From positions 754 through 64,753 of the forward strand of contig JBCBFT010000019.1 of the NCBI GenBank assembly GCA_038527485.1: a DNA stretch of 64,000 nt. The letters run 5' to 3'. Below, piece after piece: positions 17,109-26,308 of this stretch. The stretch is from Bacteroidota bacterium (GTDB lineage: Bacteria; Bacteroidota; Bacteroidia; J057). A program made the position numbers and the translations under genes. How positions within the stretch are numbered: the stretch's first letter is position 1; each line of letters opens with the position of its first letter. The notes below the pieces were generated by a model. The model saw nothing but the letters and a program-made list of their open reading frames with translations. It was not told where the DNA came from and made no database searches.

Positions 17109-17181
17109 TACGAAAAAAATCGTAAATCATTTGTAGTTACGAATAGATTCGTATATACTTGTGTTACGAAGGCCTTCGTAA
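17109..17181. promoter_or_regulatory. Three TACGA(A)/(T)TCGTA inverted-repeat boxes, candidate BlaI-family operators overlapping the promoter
   Basis: TACGA-N6-TCGTA at 17109-17124, TTACGAA-TAGA-TTCGTAT at 17137-17154, and TTACGAA-GGCC-TTCGTAA (perfect) at 17164-17181. The last box ends 16 nt before the blaI-like ATG. TATACTTG at 17152 resembles the Bacteroidota -7 box TAnnTTTG. Confidence 0.55.
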
Positions 17182-17196
17182 AAAAGAGTTGATGAT

Positions 17197-17571
17197 ATGA
17201 AAAAGAAACCGACCGATAGTGAACTGGAGATTTTGCAGGTGCTGTGGACCCAAGGCTCGGCCACGGTGCGACAAGTCAATGATCAATTGAACAAGCATCG
17301 TCAAGTGGGCTACACCACGACCCTCAAAATCATGCAGATCATGTACGATAAGAGAATGGTCTCTCGCATCAGAGAGGGAAAGACCCATATCTACCGAGCA
17401 GAAGTCGAGCAAAGTGAAGCACAAAAACACTTGATCGACAAGCTGCTGGATACTGCCTTCCAAGGCTCAGCCACACAACTGGTCATGCAAGCCCTGGGGG
17501 GAAGAGATACCTCACAGGAAGAGATTGATGAGATCCGCCGATTCCTCGACGGACTTGACGATGAAGAGTAA
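17197..17571 (+). CDS. BlaI/MecI/CopY-family winged-helix transcriptional repressor
   Basis: SELEILQVLWTQGSATVRQVNDQL...GYTTTLKIMQIMYDKRMVSR...THIYRA, 124 aa, directly upstream of an M56 sensor. Confidence 0.85.
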   Translation: MKKKPTDSELEILQVLWTQGSATVRQVNDQLNKHRQVGYTTTLKIMQIMYDKRMVSRIREGKTHIYRAEVEQSEAQKHLIDKLLDTAFQGSATQLVMQALGGRDTSQEEIDEIRRFLDGLDDEE

Positions 17572-17714
17572 ACAGTGTCATTTTTCATGGTTCATTGTTC
17601 AGGTACGATGGCCGGAGAAATGATGTAGCAAAGCGTCTGGTCGCATGGCCTCCCGTTGTCCTCAGTACTTCTGAACATCCTTCCACTTTCATTTTTTAAA
17701 TCACCCACAATTCT

Positions 17715-20186
17715 ATGGATTCCCTCGAAATTTTAGCTGAAGCTTTTGGTTGGACCCTCCTGCATTCCCTTTGGATGGGCGTGGCCATCGCAGCTGTACT
17801 GGCCCTTATTCTCAACATTGCTCGTCCCCAAAAAGCACAAGTACGCTATGGGATGGCTATGGGGGCCCTGCTGATCATGGTCCTGGGGACTGCGCTCGTA
17901 TTTTGGCAATCTTATGATAGGGTGCATGAGCAGAGAAAGGAAGAATTCCACCTGAGTATGGTCTCTGAAGCACCCGAAATTGACGAACGATGGCTCGACG
18001 AGTCCCCGCCTGTCTCTGAGGAGATATCCGAGGAATGGTTTGAAACATCTGCGACCAATGAATTTGGTGATTCAGAATTTGTCATGGAAGAAGAGGGGGT
18101 AACGCTCATGGACTTTTTTCGAGACATGCGTCCCTATATGCCCTGGCTGACATGGCTATGGCTCGTGGGATTCGCATTCTTCTCCTTGAAGTGGATCATC
18201 AACTATCTCTACATCCAGAACCTGCGGTTTCGCCATACCAAGCCCATGGAATTTGAATGGCAAAATCGCCTCAATCGCATGGCACGCAAGATCGGTATCC
18301 GAGATACGCTCCTGATGTTGGAGTCCCAGAAGATCATTTCACCTTTGGTTTTAGGTCATTTTAAGCCTGTCGTACTTTTTCCTGTAGGGCTGCTGACGAG
18401 CATGACGCCCGAGCAAGTAGAAGCTGTACTGGCACATGAGCTTTCGCACATCATCCGCAACGATTTCATGGTCAATCTGATCCAGACCATCATCGAATCG
18501 CTCTTTTTCTATCATCCTGCCATCTGGTGGATCTCTTCTCAGGTTCGTGTCGAGCGCGAACACTGCTGTGATGACATGGCAGTCGAGATCCTACAAGACA
18601 AGAAAAATTATGCCGAGGCATTGACCCTCGTCGCAACTTATAGCTTACGTAAACCCCAACTCGCAATGGGCATGCAAGGAAATAAAAAACATCTTTTACA
18701 TCGTATCAAGCGTCTGTTCAAGCCAGGCTTCGAACCTGGACGCATCACCGCTAAGGCTGTATTTGGCCTTTTGATCCTCACGAGTTTCAGCGGACTCGCT
18801 TTTGTTTCGCCAGAAGCTGCGCAGACTGTCAGCCCGCGCAATTGGGCCGCAACCTTTGACACTCCTGTACCGATTCTACCAGATTGGATGGTCGGGATGG
18901 ATGAGAGTTTTGAAACCCCTGAAATTGCTAGTGAAGAATTGAGTGCTTCAGAGGAAATCGTGGAATTGGAACCCATGGGTGATCATTTCTTTGAAGGAAG
19001 TCTAGCTTTAGTAGATACGCCTCCTTTGCCTCCGCTCCCTCCGCTTCCTCCTACACGTAGTGGGCGCATCGTGATCCCCGATCTCCCCAATATCCAGGTT
19101 CCTGCTCCTGCCGTTCCAGATGTACCCCCTCCGCCAGCTCCTCCTATTGCGTTCAGATACTTTGAGGGAATGACAGAAGCAGAAATTGAGGAGCAGCTTT
19201 CAGAATTTGAAGGGACAATTGAAGCATATGAGGAAGATGTAGACGCTTGGGCTGATGAATATGGCGAGCAATGGGAAGCGTATGCAGAAGCATGGGAAGA
19301 GTGGGGAGAGAAGTTTGGAGAAAAGTACGATAAAGAGTTTGGGGATGAATTTGGAGAAGAGTTTGGGGAACAACTGGCAAAGGATCTTACATACAAGCTT
19401 GAGTTGGACATGGAAAACTTTGAGGTAAATGTGGAGGCTTGGGCAGAAAAACTGGAGGTTTGGGCTGAGCAGTGGGAGTCATGGGCTGAAGCAATAGAAG
19501 AGCAGGAAGAAGGTCACCACAACTGGAATAGATATCAGAAGTCACAGGAAGCTCATGCTCGACAAAAAGAGGCTAGCGCCCGCGCACAAGAGTTGCAGGC
19601 ACGTGAGCGAGAGCTTGAAGCACGCCAGAGAGAGCTCGAAGCAAGAGTGCGTGACATGCAACGCCGTCAGGAGGAGTTTGCGCGCGCCCAGCGTCAAGCA
19701 CAACCTGTTCAGGCAGATGCTGAACGCATAGAAGAAGCCCTCCGTGCAAAGGAAAGAGAACTGAGGGAAATGGAAATCAGACTGCGCGAGCAAGAAGTCG
19801 TGGCTGAGCAACGCCGTCAGGAGCGTCAGCGGGAGGAACGTGTAAGAGAACCCGTCTATGATGAGAACTTGAGTCGAGAGGAGCAGATTGTTCGTGAGGC
19901 AGAGAGAGAGCTAGACAATCTCACGGCTAGAGACTGCAACTGTGCCGCCAATGGCGAAAGAAGAATCTCGGTAAACTCCAATGTCAATAGTCGCTCTTTC
20001 AGCAGCAAGCTGCGCCGCTCTCTAAGAAACGATGGCCTTATCGGAGACGATGCGCGTGGATTTTCTTTCTGCATAGACGAGCAAAACATGCATGTAAATG
20101 GTGTGCGTGTGTCCGACCGTATTCATGAACGCTACCTGCAACGCATGGAGGAATGGGGACAGGACATAGGCGATGGTGCTTATTAA
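17715..20186 (+). CDS. M56-family (BlaR1-like) membrane metalloprotease and signal transducer with a long low-complexity/coiled-coil C-terminal region
   Basis: It has the HEXXH motif AHELSHIIRNDF and multiple TM segments. The C-terminal ~490 aa contain PPLPPLPPLPP, an acidic Trp-rich tract (WADEYGEQWEAYAEAWEEWGEKFGEKYDKEFGDEFGEEFGEQ; WAEKLEVWAEQWESWAEAIEE), an R/E coiled coil (ARERELEARQRELEARVRDMQRRQEE...) and a terminal ...LRNDGLIGDDARGFSFCIDEQNMHVNGVRV module. Confidence 0.85.
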   Translation: MDSLEILAEAFGWTLLHSLWMGVAIAAVLALILNIARPQKAQVRYGMAMGALLIMVLGTALVFWQSYDRVHEQRKEEFHLSMVSEAPEIDERWLDESPPVSEEISEEWFETSATNEFGDSEFVMEEEGVTLMDFFRDMRPYMPWLTWLWLVGFAFFSLKWIINYLYIQNLRFRHTKPMEFEWQNRLNRMARKIGIRDTLLMLESQKIISPLVLGHFKPVVLFPVGLLTSMTPEQVEAVLAHELSHIIRNDFMVNLIQTIIESLFFYHPAIWWISSQVRVEREHCCDDMAVEILQDKKNYAEALTLVATYSLRKPQLAMGMQGNKKHLLHRIKRLFKPGFEPGRITAKAVFGLLILTSFSGLAFVSPEAAQTVSPRNWAATFDTPVPILPDWMVGMDESFETPEIASEELSASEEIVELEPMGDHFFEGSLALVDTPPLPPLPPLPPTRSGRIVIPDLPNIQVPAPAVPDVPPPPAPPIAFRYFEGMTEAEIEEQLSEFEGTIEAYEEDVDAWADEYGEQWEAYAEAWEEWGEKFGEKYDKEFGDEFGEEFGEQLAKDLTYKLELDMENFEVNVEAWAEKLEVWAEQWESWAEAIEEQEEGHHNWNRYQKSQEAHARQKEASARAQELQARERELEARQRELEARVRDMQRRQEEFARAQRQAQPVQADAERIEEALRAKERELREMEIRLREQEVVAEQRRQERQREERVREPVYDENLSREEQIVREAERELDNLTARDCNCAANGERRISVNSNVNSRSFSSKLRRSLRNDGLIGDDARGFSFCIDEQNMHVNGVRVSDRIHERYLQRMEEWGQDIGDGAY

Positions 20187-20191
20187 ATGAC

Positions 20192-20233
20192 ATTCATCGT
20201 AGAGACGCGATTCATCACGTCTCTACGATGAAT
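20192..20233 (+). terminator. 16-bp perfect hairpin 6 nt after the M56 gene stop; no T-tract
   Basis: ATTCATCGTAGAGACG-cgattcatca-CGTCTCTACGATGAAT. A partial third arm, TGTCTCTAC, follows. Confidence 0.5.
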
Positions 20234-20336
20234 CATGTCTCTACCATAAATTCTTGTAGGTATCTATATAGATCCATAGCTTTGATGCTGAGGTGAGCAA
20301 ATACTGCTTGCCTCATTGCTAAAAATGACTACCTAC

Positions 20337-21680
20337 ATGAAACAAATCCTATTGATAGGGGCGGGACGCTCCGCCACCGTATTGATTGATTACTTGCTCG
20401 CGCTTTGTCCTCAGGAGAATTGGTTTCTCACCGTCGGGGACCTTTCCCAGTCTCTGGCTCAAGCCAAAATCAAGGGCTCACCCCACGCCCGTGCCATCCA
20501 ATTCAACGTCAACAACGAAGCCCAACTTGCGCAAGAAGTGACCCGTGCAGATCTGGTGATTTCGATGCTCCCTGCAAGGTTTCACCATCTCCCTGCGACA
20601 CTTTGTGTCCAGTTTCGGAAACCCATGATTACGGCCTCCTATGTCAGTCCCGAAGTACGGAAGCTAGACTGGGATGCCAAAAAGCAAGGCGTGATGCTAC
20701 TCATGGAGTGCGGACTAGACCCAGGGATTGATCATATGTCAGGGATGAAAGTCTTGGATCGAATTCGAGATAAAGGCTATGAACTGACAGGTTTTGAGAC
20801 ATTTACAGGGGGACTGATCGCGCCTGAGTCTTCGATGGATAATCCTTGGCGATACAAGTTTACCTGGAACCCTCGCAATGTGGTACTCGCAGGGCAGGGC
20901 ATCGTGAAGTTTATCCAAGAAAGCCGTTATAAATTCATTCCTTATCATCGCCTCTTTCGTCGCACGGAGCAGATTTTTATTCCTGGTCATGGCTACTTTG
21001 AGGGCTATGCCAATCGCGATTCTCTGAAGTATCTCGATGTGTACAATCTTCATGGCATTCGGACGCTGTATCGTGGGACTTTGCGTCGTCCAGGTTATTC
21101 CCAGGCTTGGGATGCCTTTATTCAGCTCGGTGCGACCGATGATACCTACCAGATGGAAGGTGTAGACAAGATGACCCATCGTCAGTTCATCAATTCCTTT
21201 CTCTCCTACGATCCCCACAACTCCATTGAGCTGAAATTGGCACACTATCTCAAACTAGATCTGGATGGTACGGTGATGCATAAGTTTAATTGGTTGGGCA
21301 TGTTTGACGATGAACTCGTAGGATTGAATAAGGGGACCCCTGCTCAGATCCTAGAGCATATTCTGAAGAAAAAATGGGCTATGCAGCCTGATGATAAGGA
21401 CCAGATTGTGATGTACCACAAGTTTGAGTTCAAAGAGGGGGAGATGCATCGAGAGTTGCAGTCCTATATGGTCCTGACAGGAGAGAATGCAGAGCAAACG
21501 GCAATGTCGCAGACGGTGGGGCTGCCATTAGGTATTGCAGCGAAGCTCATGCTTCAAGGAAAACTCCACCTCCCTGGGGTACAGATTCCCGTCAAAAGAG
21601 AGATTTACAATCCGATCCTAGAGGAGCTAGCCCAGCATGGGATTGAGTTTGTAGAGCGAGAAGTAGAAATTGCTAGCTAA
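20337..21680 (+). CDS. Saccharopine dehydrogenase family oxidoreductase
   Basis: MKQILLIGAGRSATVLIDYLL is a Rossmann GxGxxA motif. ECGLDPGIDHM and the overall length fit the Sacchrp_dh N+C architecture. An alternative ATG lies at 20325. Confidence 0.8.
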   Translation: MKQILLIGAGRSATVLIDYLLALCPQENWFLTVGDLSQSLAQAKIKGSPHARAIQFNVNNEAQLAQEVTRADLVISMLPARFHHLPATLCVQFRKPMITASYVSPEVRKLDWDAKKQGVMLLMECGLDPGIDHMSGMKVLDRIRDKGYELTGFETFTGGLIAPESSMDNPWRYKFTWNPRNVVLAGQGIVKFIQESRYKFIPYHRLFRRTEQIFIPGHGYFEGYANRDSLKYLDVYNLHGIRTLYRGTLRRPGYSQAWDAFIQLGATDDTYQMEGVDKMTHRQFINSFLSYDPHNSIELKLAHYLKLDLDGTVMHKFNWLGMFDDELVGLNKGTPAQILEHILKKKWAMQPDDKDQIVMYHKFEFKEGEMHRELQSYMVLTGENAEQTAMSQTVGLPLGIAAKLMLQGKLHLPGVQIPVKREIYNPILEELAQHGIEFVEREVEIAS

Positions 21681-21833
21681 ATATTATTTGTTAAGGCTGT
21701 GATGATGAAGTGTTTATTGGTGGATAAATGAAATAATCAGTAAGAATTAATAATTCCTTAACGCGAAAATTAGCACAATCGGAGGTTTTTTCAGTTATAA
21801 CTCTAGGTAAAAATATATCCAGAGCCCAAACGT

Positions 21834-23564
21834 ATGAACCCTCTAGCTACAGCACCTCTGAGGAAACTAATTTTCCTCATGTGCTTATCTGTATGTGTGA
21901 TTCCTGAGATTCAAGGACAGGCTACACAGTTGATATTCAATGATGTACCTATCAATGCTGGCCTCAATCTTCCAGTTTATATTGATGTATGTGCAGCAGA
22001 TGGTAGCAATGTGATCGATCCTACCTATACCACACCTATTGAAGTGCAGAATAATGGAGGAACATTGGTTATTGTAGAACCTAGCTTTTCTGAGATTCCC
22101 GACGATGGATGTGTAAGATTCAAAATCACGCCTTTCTTTTCTGGTGTACTCAATCTTCGTTTCACCAGCGGGACTTTTGCCGACATCTCGACAGGACCGA
22201 TCACGGTCAGCAACTATGACATCCCGACGACCGAGTTTGTGGGAGAGATATTCAATGACCCCACCAATGTGGCCGCCCAGCGTGCCCTGGCAGATACGCT
22301 AAACGATGCCTGGGAACGCAGAATAGGGGACAGTTGCAATAATGTGACGCCCTTCTCCTTTGAGCCTGTATTTGGAGATATGACCTACGATGGCACCGCT
22401 GGAGTAGGGACGATTACCAATCTGTTTGAGCTGATTCCTGGTACGGCAGGACAACCTTACACAGGTACTGTAGAGTTTAGGGTAGTCAATATGAAGGGAC
22501 CTGATGAAGCGCCGATCCAAGGAGAGCCTCAGGTAGGAGGAATGACATTTCTTTCTGGAAGTAACTTCCTTCAGGATAGTGCCCCCATGCCGCTGTCACT
22601 CATTCCGACCAATAACACACGATTCACGGAGATTACAGGAGACTTTAACTCACAAAATGGCATTCGTTTTTCCTTTAATCCTCCCATCAATCAGTTTGGG
22701 GCATGGTTTGGCGATGTCGAATCTAATATTGGGGGCAACACGCCTGGCGAACTGGTACTTTTTTATGACGATGTAGAGTTAAAGCGGGAAGATATTCCCA
22801 CACGTAGTTCAGCCTTGCAACAGTCCAATGCACCTCAGGACTGCGGTGATTATCCAGGATGCGGAAACGAAGGAACCATCTGGATCGAATATTATGGCGC
22901 GCCTGTAACAGATATGCTGGTGATTGTGGGGGATGACAATACATCAGGATTGGGGGGCTTTGGTGGAACCGAGCACTTGAGTTTTGTCGGACCTACCATC
23001 GGTGGTAGCTGTTTGAATGCGGCGCTGGATATCCTGGATCTCGCATTATCTGGTGAATATGCAGATGGAAAAATCGGACTCAATTGGTCCTACGCAGAAG
23101 AAACGACCCATATGATCTACCAGATTGAGCAGAGTCGAGATGGCCAAAACTTTATCCCTCTAGATCTTGTGAGAGCCAATCGATCACCCCAATATTTCTA
23201 TTCAACTTCCCAAGAAAAAATAGGGACCCACTATTATCGTTTGAGGCTAAGAGATATGACGGGAAATGTGGGATTCTCCTCAACAATTAGGATTGAGGTG
23301 CAGCCTGGAGTGAAGTTATCTTTCTCAGGTCTAGCCTATGTGAACGGACGAGAGTTGACCGCCCGTGTTTCTTCCCCCACACAAGGCATGGGTAGTTGTT
23401 TATTGATGGACATTCATGGGAGAAAGGTGTACCAGACATCTATGGAGATGCAGGTAGGTTTTCAGGAACTGTCTATGCAGTTACCGCCTTTGGCATCGGG
23501 TCCGCATATTTTGCTGATCAAGCAGGGGGGAGATATGATTCGCCAAAAGATGGTGGTGAGGTAG
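21834..23564 (+). CDS. Secreted hypothetical protein with a probable T9SS (Por) C-terminal sorting domain
   Basis: Signal peptide. The C-terminal ~80 aa (...HYYRLRLRDMTGNVGFSSTIRIE...CLLMDIHGRKVYQTSMEMQVGFQELSMQLPPLASGPHILLIKQGGDMIRQKMVV) have the type-A CTD pattern. Confidence 0.55.
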   Translation: MNPLATAPLRKLIFLMCLSVCVIPEIQGQATQLIFNDVPINAGLNLPVYIDVCAADGSNVIDPTYTTPIEVQNNGGTLVIVEPSFSEIPDDGCVRFKITPFFSGVLNLRFTSGTFADISTGPITVSNYDIPTTEFVGEIFNDPTNVAAQRALADTLNDAWERRIGDSCNNVTPFSFEPVFGDMTYDGTAGVGTITNLFELIPGTAGQPYTGTVEFRVVNMKGPDEAPIQGEPQVGGMTFLSGSNFLQDSAPMPLSLIPTNNTRFTEITGDFNSQNGIRFSFNPPINQFGAWFGDVESNIGGNTPGELVLFYDDVELKREDIPTRSSALQQSNAPQDCGDYPGCGNEGTIWIEYYGAPVTDMLVIVGDDNTSGLGGFGGTEHLSFVGPTIGGSCLNAALDILDLALSGEYADGKIGLNWSYAEETTHMIYQIEQSRDGQNFIPLDLVRANRSPQYFYSTSQEKIGTHYYRLRLRDMTGNVGFSSTIRIEVQPGVKLSFSGLAYVNGRELTARVSSPTQGMGSCLLMDIHGRKVYQTSMEMQVGFQELSMQLPPLASGPHILLIKQGGDMIRQKMVVR

Positions 23565-23755
23565 CTGATCGCGCAGTGTAAGCACTTCTCTTGCCTGCGA
23601 TGCATCGAATGGGTCCCCTTCAGTTTACAACTGAGACTAAACATATGCTCCAGATACAATCTAGAGGTGGCAGTGTGGAAAAAGCGTGAGTAAAAAGAAG
23701 TAAAATTTAATCTGTATAATAGCCAGGAGATACTGCATTGATAATTTTACAGATC

Positions 23756-24223
23756 ATGAGAAATTTCCTAACGCTTCTAATTTTATCCGTACTTACATTC
23801 CTTACGGCTTGTCAGCAGCCTCCGCAAGAACAAAGACTTACTGTCGAATACTACAACTCCCCAGTAAATGCCGCGCGAAATGTACCTTACTCAGAAGCTG
23901 TCAAAGTGGGTCAGACCCTTTACCTCGCAGGTAAGCTCGGGATGAAAGATGGCAAACTGGCGGAAGGGGGCATTCAGGGAGAAACAAAGCAAGCGATGGA
24001 AAACATCCAAGCTGTCCTCAGTCAGTACGGAGCTTCTATGGATGACATTGTGAAAGTGACCGTATTTTTGGCGGATATGGGAGAATGGGGCGCGATGAAT
24101 GAAGTCTACAAAACTTTTTTCGTGGATCATTTTCCTGCAAGATCAGCCGTAGGAGTGGACAGTCTCGCGCGTGGGGCAAGGCTAGAGATTGAGTGTATTG
24201 CGGTATTGCCCCAAACAAAATAA
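23756..24223 (+). CDS. RidA/YjgF/L-PSP family protein with a lipoprotein-type signal peptide
   Basis: MRNFLTLLILSVLTFLTACQ is followed by a RidA core (VGQTLYLAGKLG...ETKQAMENIQAVL...DIVKVTVFLADM...PARSAVGV..LARGARLEIECIA). Confidence 0.85.
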   Translation: MRNFLTLLILSVLTFLTACQQPPQEQRLTVEYYNSPVNAARNVPYSEAVKVGQTLYLAGKLGMKDGKLAEGGIQGETKQAMENIQAVLSQYGASMDDIVKVTVFLADMGEWGAMNEVYKTFFVDHFPARSAVGVDSLARGARLEIECIAVLPQTK

Positions 24224-24288
24224 GCGAGTCGAGTACCTGTAACTTATGCCATGATTGAGCTTATGCTTTCAAAAGCTTCCGTTTAATC

Positions 24289-25056
24289 ATGAAATATATT
24301 CTCTCCTTCCTGCTGCTTTGGCTATCTGTCATGTGGCTTGCTGCACAGACGCGCACAGTCCATGTCATGGTCGCCCTTTGTGACAACGAAACCCAAGGCA
24401 TCGTCCCTGTACCTGCATCCATAGGCAAGGGGGACGATCCTGATCGCAATTTGTATTGGGGAGCGGGTTATGGGGTGAAGACCTTTTTCGATAAGAAAAC
24501 GACGGATTGGGTCCTGATAAAGAAGCTCGAATCAGATTACAGCTTTATACTAGACAGGCGTCTGTTTAAGCATCGAACCCAAGACGTATATATGTTGGCA
24601 GAGGCTTATCATGGGGGCCATATGAAAGATTGTCTGGAGGACTTCCTCCATGCGGCGGATGGGCAGGGAGCAGTCGTGGAATGCACATCAGATGGTGAGA
24701 AGCTGTATTTTGGAGGAAAGGCGAACGTGCTGAGTTTTATTGGGCACAATGGGCTAATGGATGTACAGCCCGATGTCAGTTTTCGAGAAGCCAAAACCCT
24801 GCGCCCTAAAGTGATCATTTTGGGTTGCTACAGCAAGATGTATTTTGAACCCTACATCCAACAGGCACATACGAAGGCACTCTTGTGGACGACACACCTC
24901 ATGGCGCCCGAAGCCTACACCCTCAAAGCCGCGCTAGACGGTTGGATGCGAGAAGAATCTGGTCAACAGATCCGCGAGCGCGCAGCCCAGGCATACCATC
25001 AGTATCAAAAATGTGGGATCAGAGGCGCGCGGAATTTATTTGCTACAGGAATGTAG
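24289..25056 (+). CDS. Secreted hypothetical protein; a possible clan-CD-like His/Cys hydrolase fold (speculative)
   Basis: Signal peptide MKYILSFLLLWLSVMWLAAQ. Hydrophobic strands are followed by H and C in NVLSFIGHNG ... KVIILGCYS, with 27 residues between them. Confidence 0.5.
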   Translation: MKYILSFLLLWLSVMWLAAQTRTVHVMVALCDNETQGIVPVPASIGKGDDPDRNLYWGAGYGVKTFFDKKTTDWVLIKKLESDYSFILDRRLFKHRTQDVYMLAEAYHGGHMKDCLEDFLHAADGQGAVVECTSDGEKLYFGGKANVLSFIGHNGLMDVQPDVSFREAKTLRPKVIILGCYSKMYFEPYIQQAHTKALLWTTHLMAPEAYTLKAALDGWMREESGQQIRERAAQAYHQYQKCGIRGARNLFATGM

Positions 25057-25124
25057 GAATTAAAGGGCATGTTAATGTTGGGGTTAATGGAAATAAAGAT
25101 AATACAAATAAGTCTTACTACTTC

Positions 25125-25421
25125 TTACACGCCTGAAGTAGAGAGATGAGATGGTAACCATATTTGATCGTTCAGTCCATAAAAATCAATAGGTTCGATA
25201 AGTAAGAGTTTCAGATGTGTATCTACTACTCTTGTCTGGGTGCCTTTCGCTATGGGGAAGCCCCTACAAAAGGCATCATAAAATTTTCCTTCAATTTCGA
25301 CTCTTCCCATCATGCAGATTCTGGTAATGGAGATTCCTACTTTTCCGATAAGACTAACTATTTCTTGATTTGTGTGGCCGTTCATTGAGTCGCGATATTT
25401 TTTTTGCCAAAAGAATCTCAT
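25125..25421 (-). CDS. NfeD-like OB-fold domain protein, C-terminal domain only, no membrane part
   Basis: LIGKVGISITRICMMGRVEIEGKFYDAFCRGFPIAKGTQTRVVDTHLKLLLIEPI resembles the NfeD C-terminal OB pattern (G.A.T.L.P.G.V...G..w.A......I..G..V.V....L.V). It lies in a low-GC context. Confidence 0.45.
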   Translation of the reverse strand: MRFFWQKKYRDSMNGHTNQEIVSLIGKVGISITRICMMGRVEIEGKFYDAFCRGFPIAKGTQTRVVDTHLKLLLIEPIDFYGLNDQIWLPSHLSTSGV

Positions 25422-25709
25422 ATCAACGATTGTTATATTATTCGAAAAATAAATTTGTTTTAGTCTGTAAATAGGATCCTAGTAGAAGCATATTTGTCGT
25501 ATATTATTTTTGCCTTTCTTACTATTGGCATCTCCACAATTTTTTTTGAGGTAGGTGTACGACATCATCATCAGATTTTACCTCCTAATAGTCATACAGT
25601 CCTTAAAACTTGAGGGCGTGTATGTGAAAATCACAGCCATGTCATCATCTACAGTCATTATGCAGAAGAGCACCTAGATACATTTTTACTCATACCTAAT
25701 GGACTAGCT

Positions 25710-26264
25710 ATGACCAATGAAAAAGCTTACATGACCAATTTGTGGCGGCGATATGCCAAAACAGGTGACCCTACAATCTTTAAGGAGATCTATCATAACT
25801 GTGATGAAATGCTTTATTTCTCTGCTTACAAAATCATCCAGGACGAGGATTCTGCAAGAGATATAGTTCAAGAAATTTGGATGAGACTGATCAATGATAG
25901 ATTGCGATACCAAAACGTCGAGAACTTTCATGGTTGGTTACGCACGATTGTGCACAACGAGTGTAAAAAAAAACTTCGTCATCCTTCGATTAGCCGCACC
26001 GATCGAATGCCTGATGGCGAGTTGTACGCTCACGAGTTTGCAAAACCTCCTAAGATCTATTCTGAGATCCATCGGAAAGATCTGTTGGAATTGATTCAGA
26101 TGTTACCCAATAAAAATTATAGTACCGTTCTTTTGTTAGAGTATAAAGGCTTAACAAATGGAGAGATCGCGTTCCGACTTGGAGTAAATGAGAAGTATGT
26201 GAGAGATCGTAAGTCCAATGCCAAAAAAGCCATAGCCAAGCTAAAGAAAAAACTTGGGTGGTAA
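25710..26264 (+). CDS. ECF-type RNA polymerase sigma-70 family factor
   Basis: Region 2 is ARDIVQEIWMRLI...FHGWLRTIVHNEC. Region 4 is LLLEYKGLTNGEIAFRLGVNEKYVRDRKSNAKKAIAKLKKKL. Confidence 0.8.
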   Translation: MTNEKAYMTNLWRRYAKTGDPTIFKEIYHNCDEMLYFSAYKIIQDEDSARDIVQEIWMRLINDRLRYQNVENFHGWLRTIVHNECKKKLRHPSISRTDRMPDGELYAHEFAKPPKIYSEIHRKDLLELIQMLPNKNYSTVLLLEYKGLTNGEIAFRLGVNEKYVRDRKSNAKKAIAKLKKKLGW

Positions 26265-26308
26265 TCTCTTTCAACTGCGTGATTTCGACCATTTTCAATC
26301 AATTAATC

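Noticed and set aside
16980-17192. The 70-aa ORF in the KirBac/blaI intergenic region
   Set aside because: It spans the direct repeat and the operator palindromes, has a Ser/Pro/Thr-rich low-complexity translation and has no start context. It is more plausibly non-coding.
1-20186. A beta-lactam resistance operon linking the class-C-like serine hydrolase (1-804) with BlaI/BlaR1 (17.2-20.2 kb)
   Set aside because: The genes are 16 kb apart with many unrelated genes between them. The M56 protein lacks a penicillin-binding sensor domain. The hydrolase belongs to a very broad esterase/PBP-like family.
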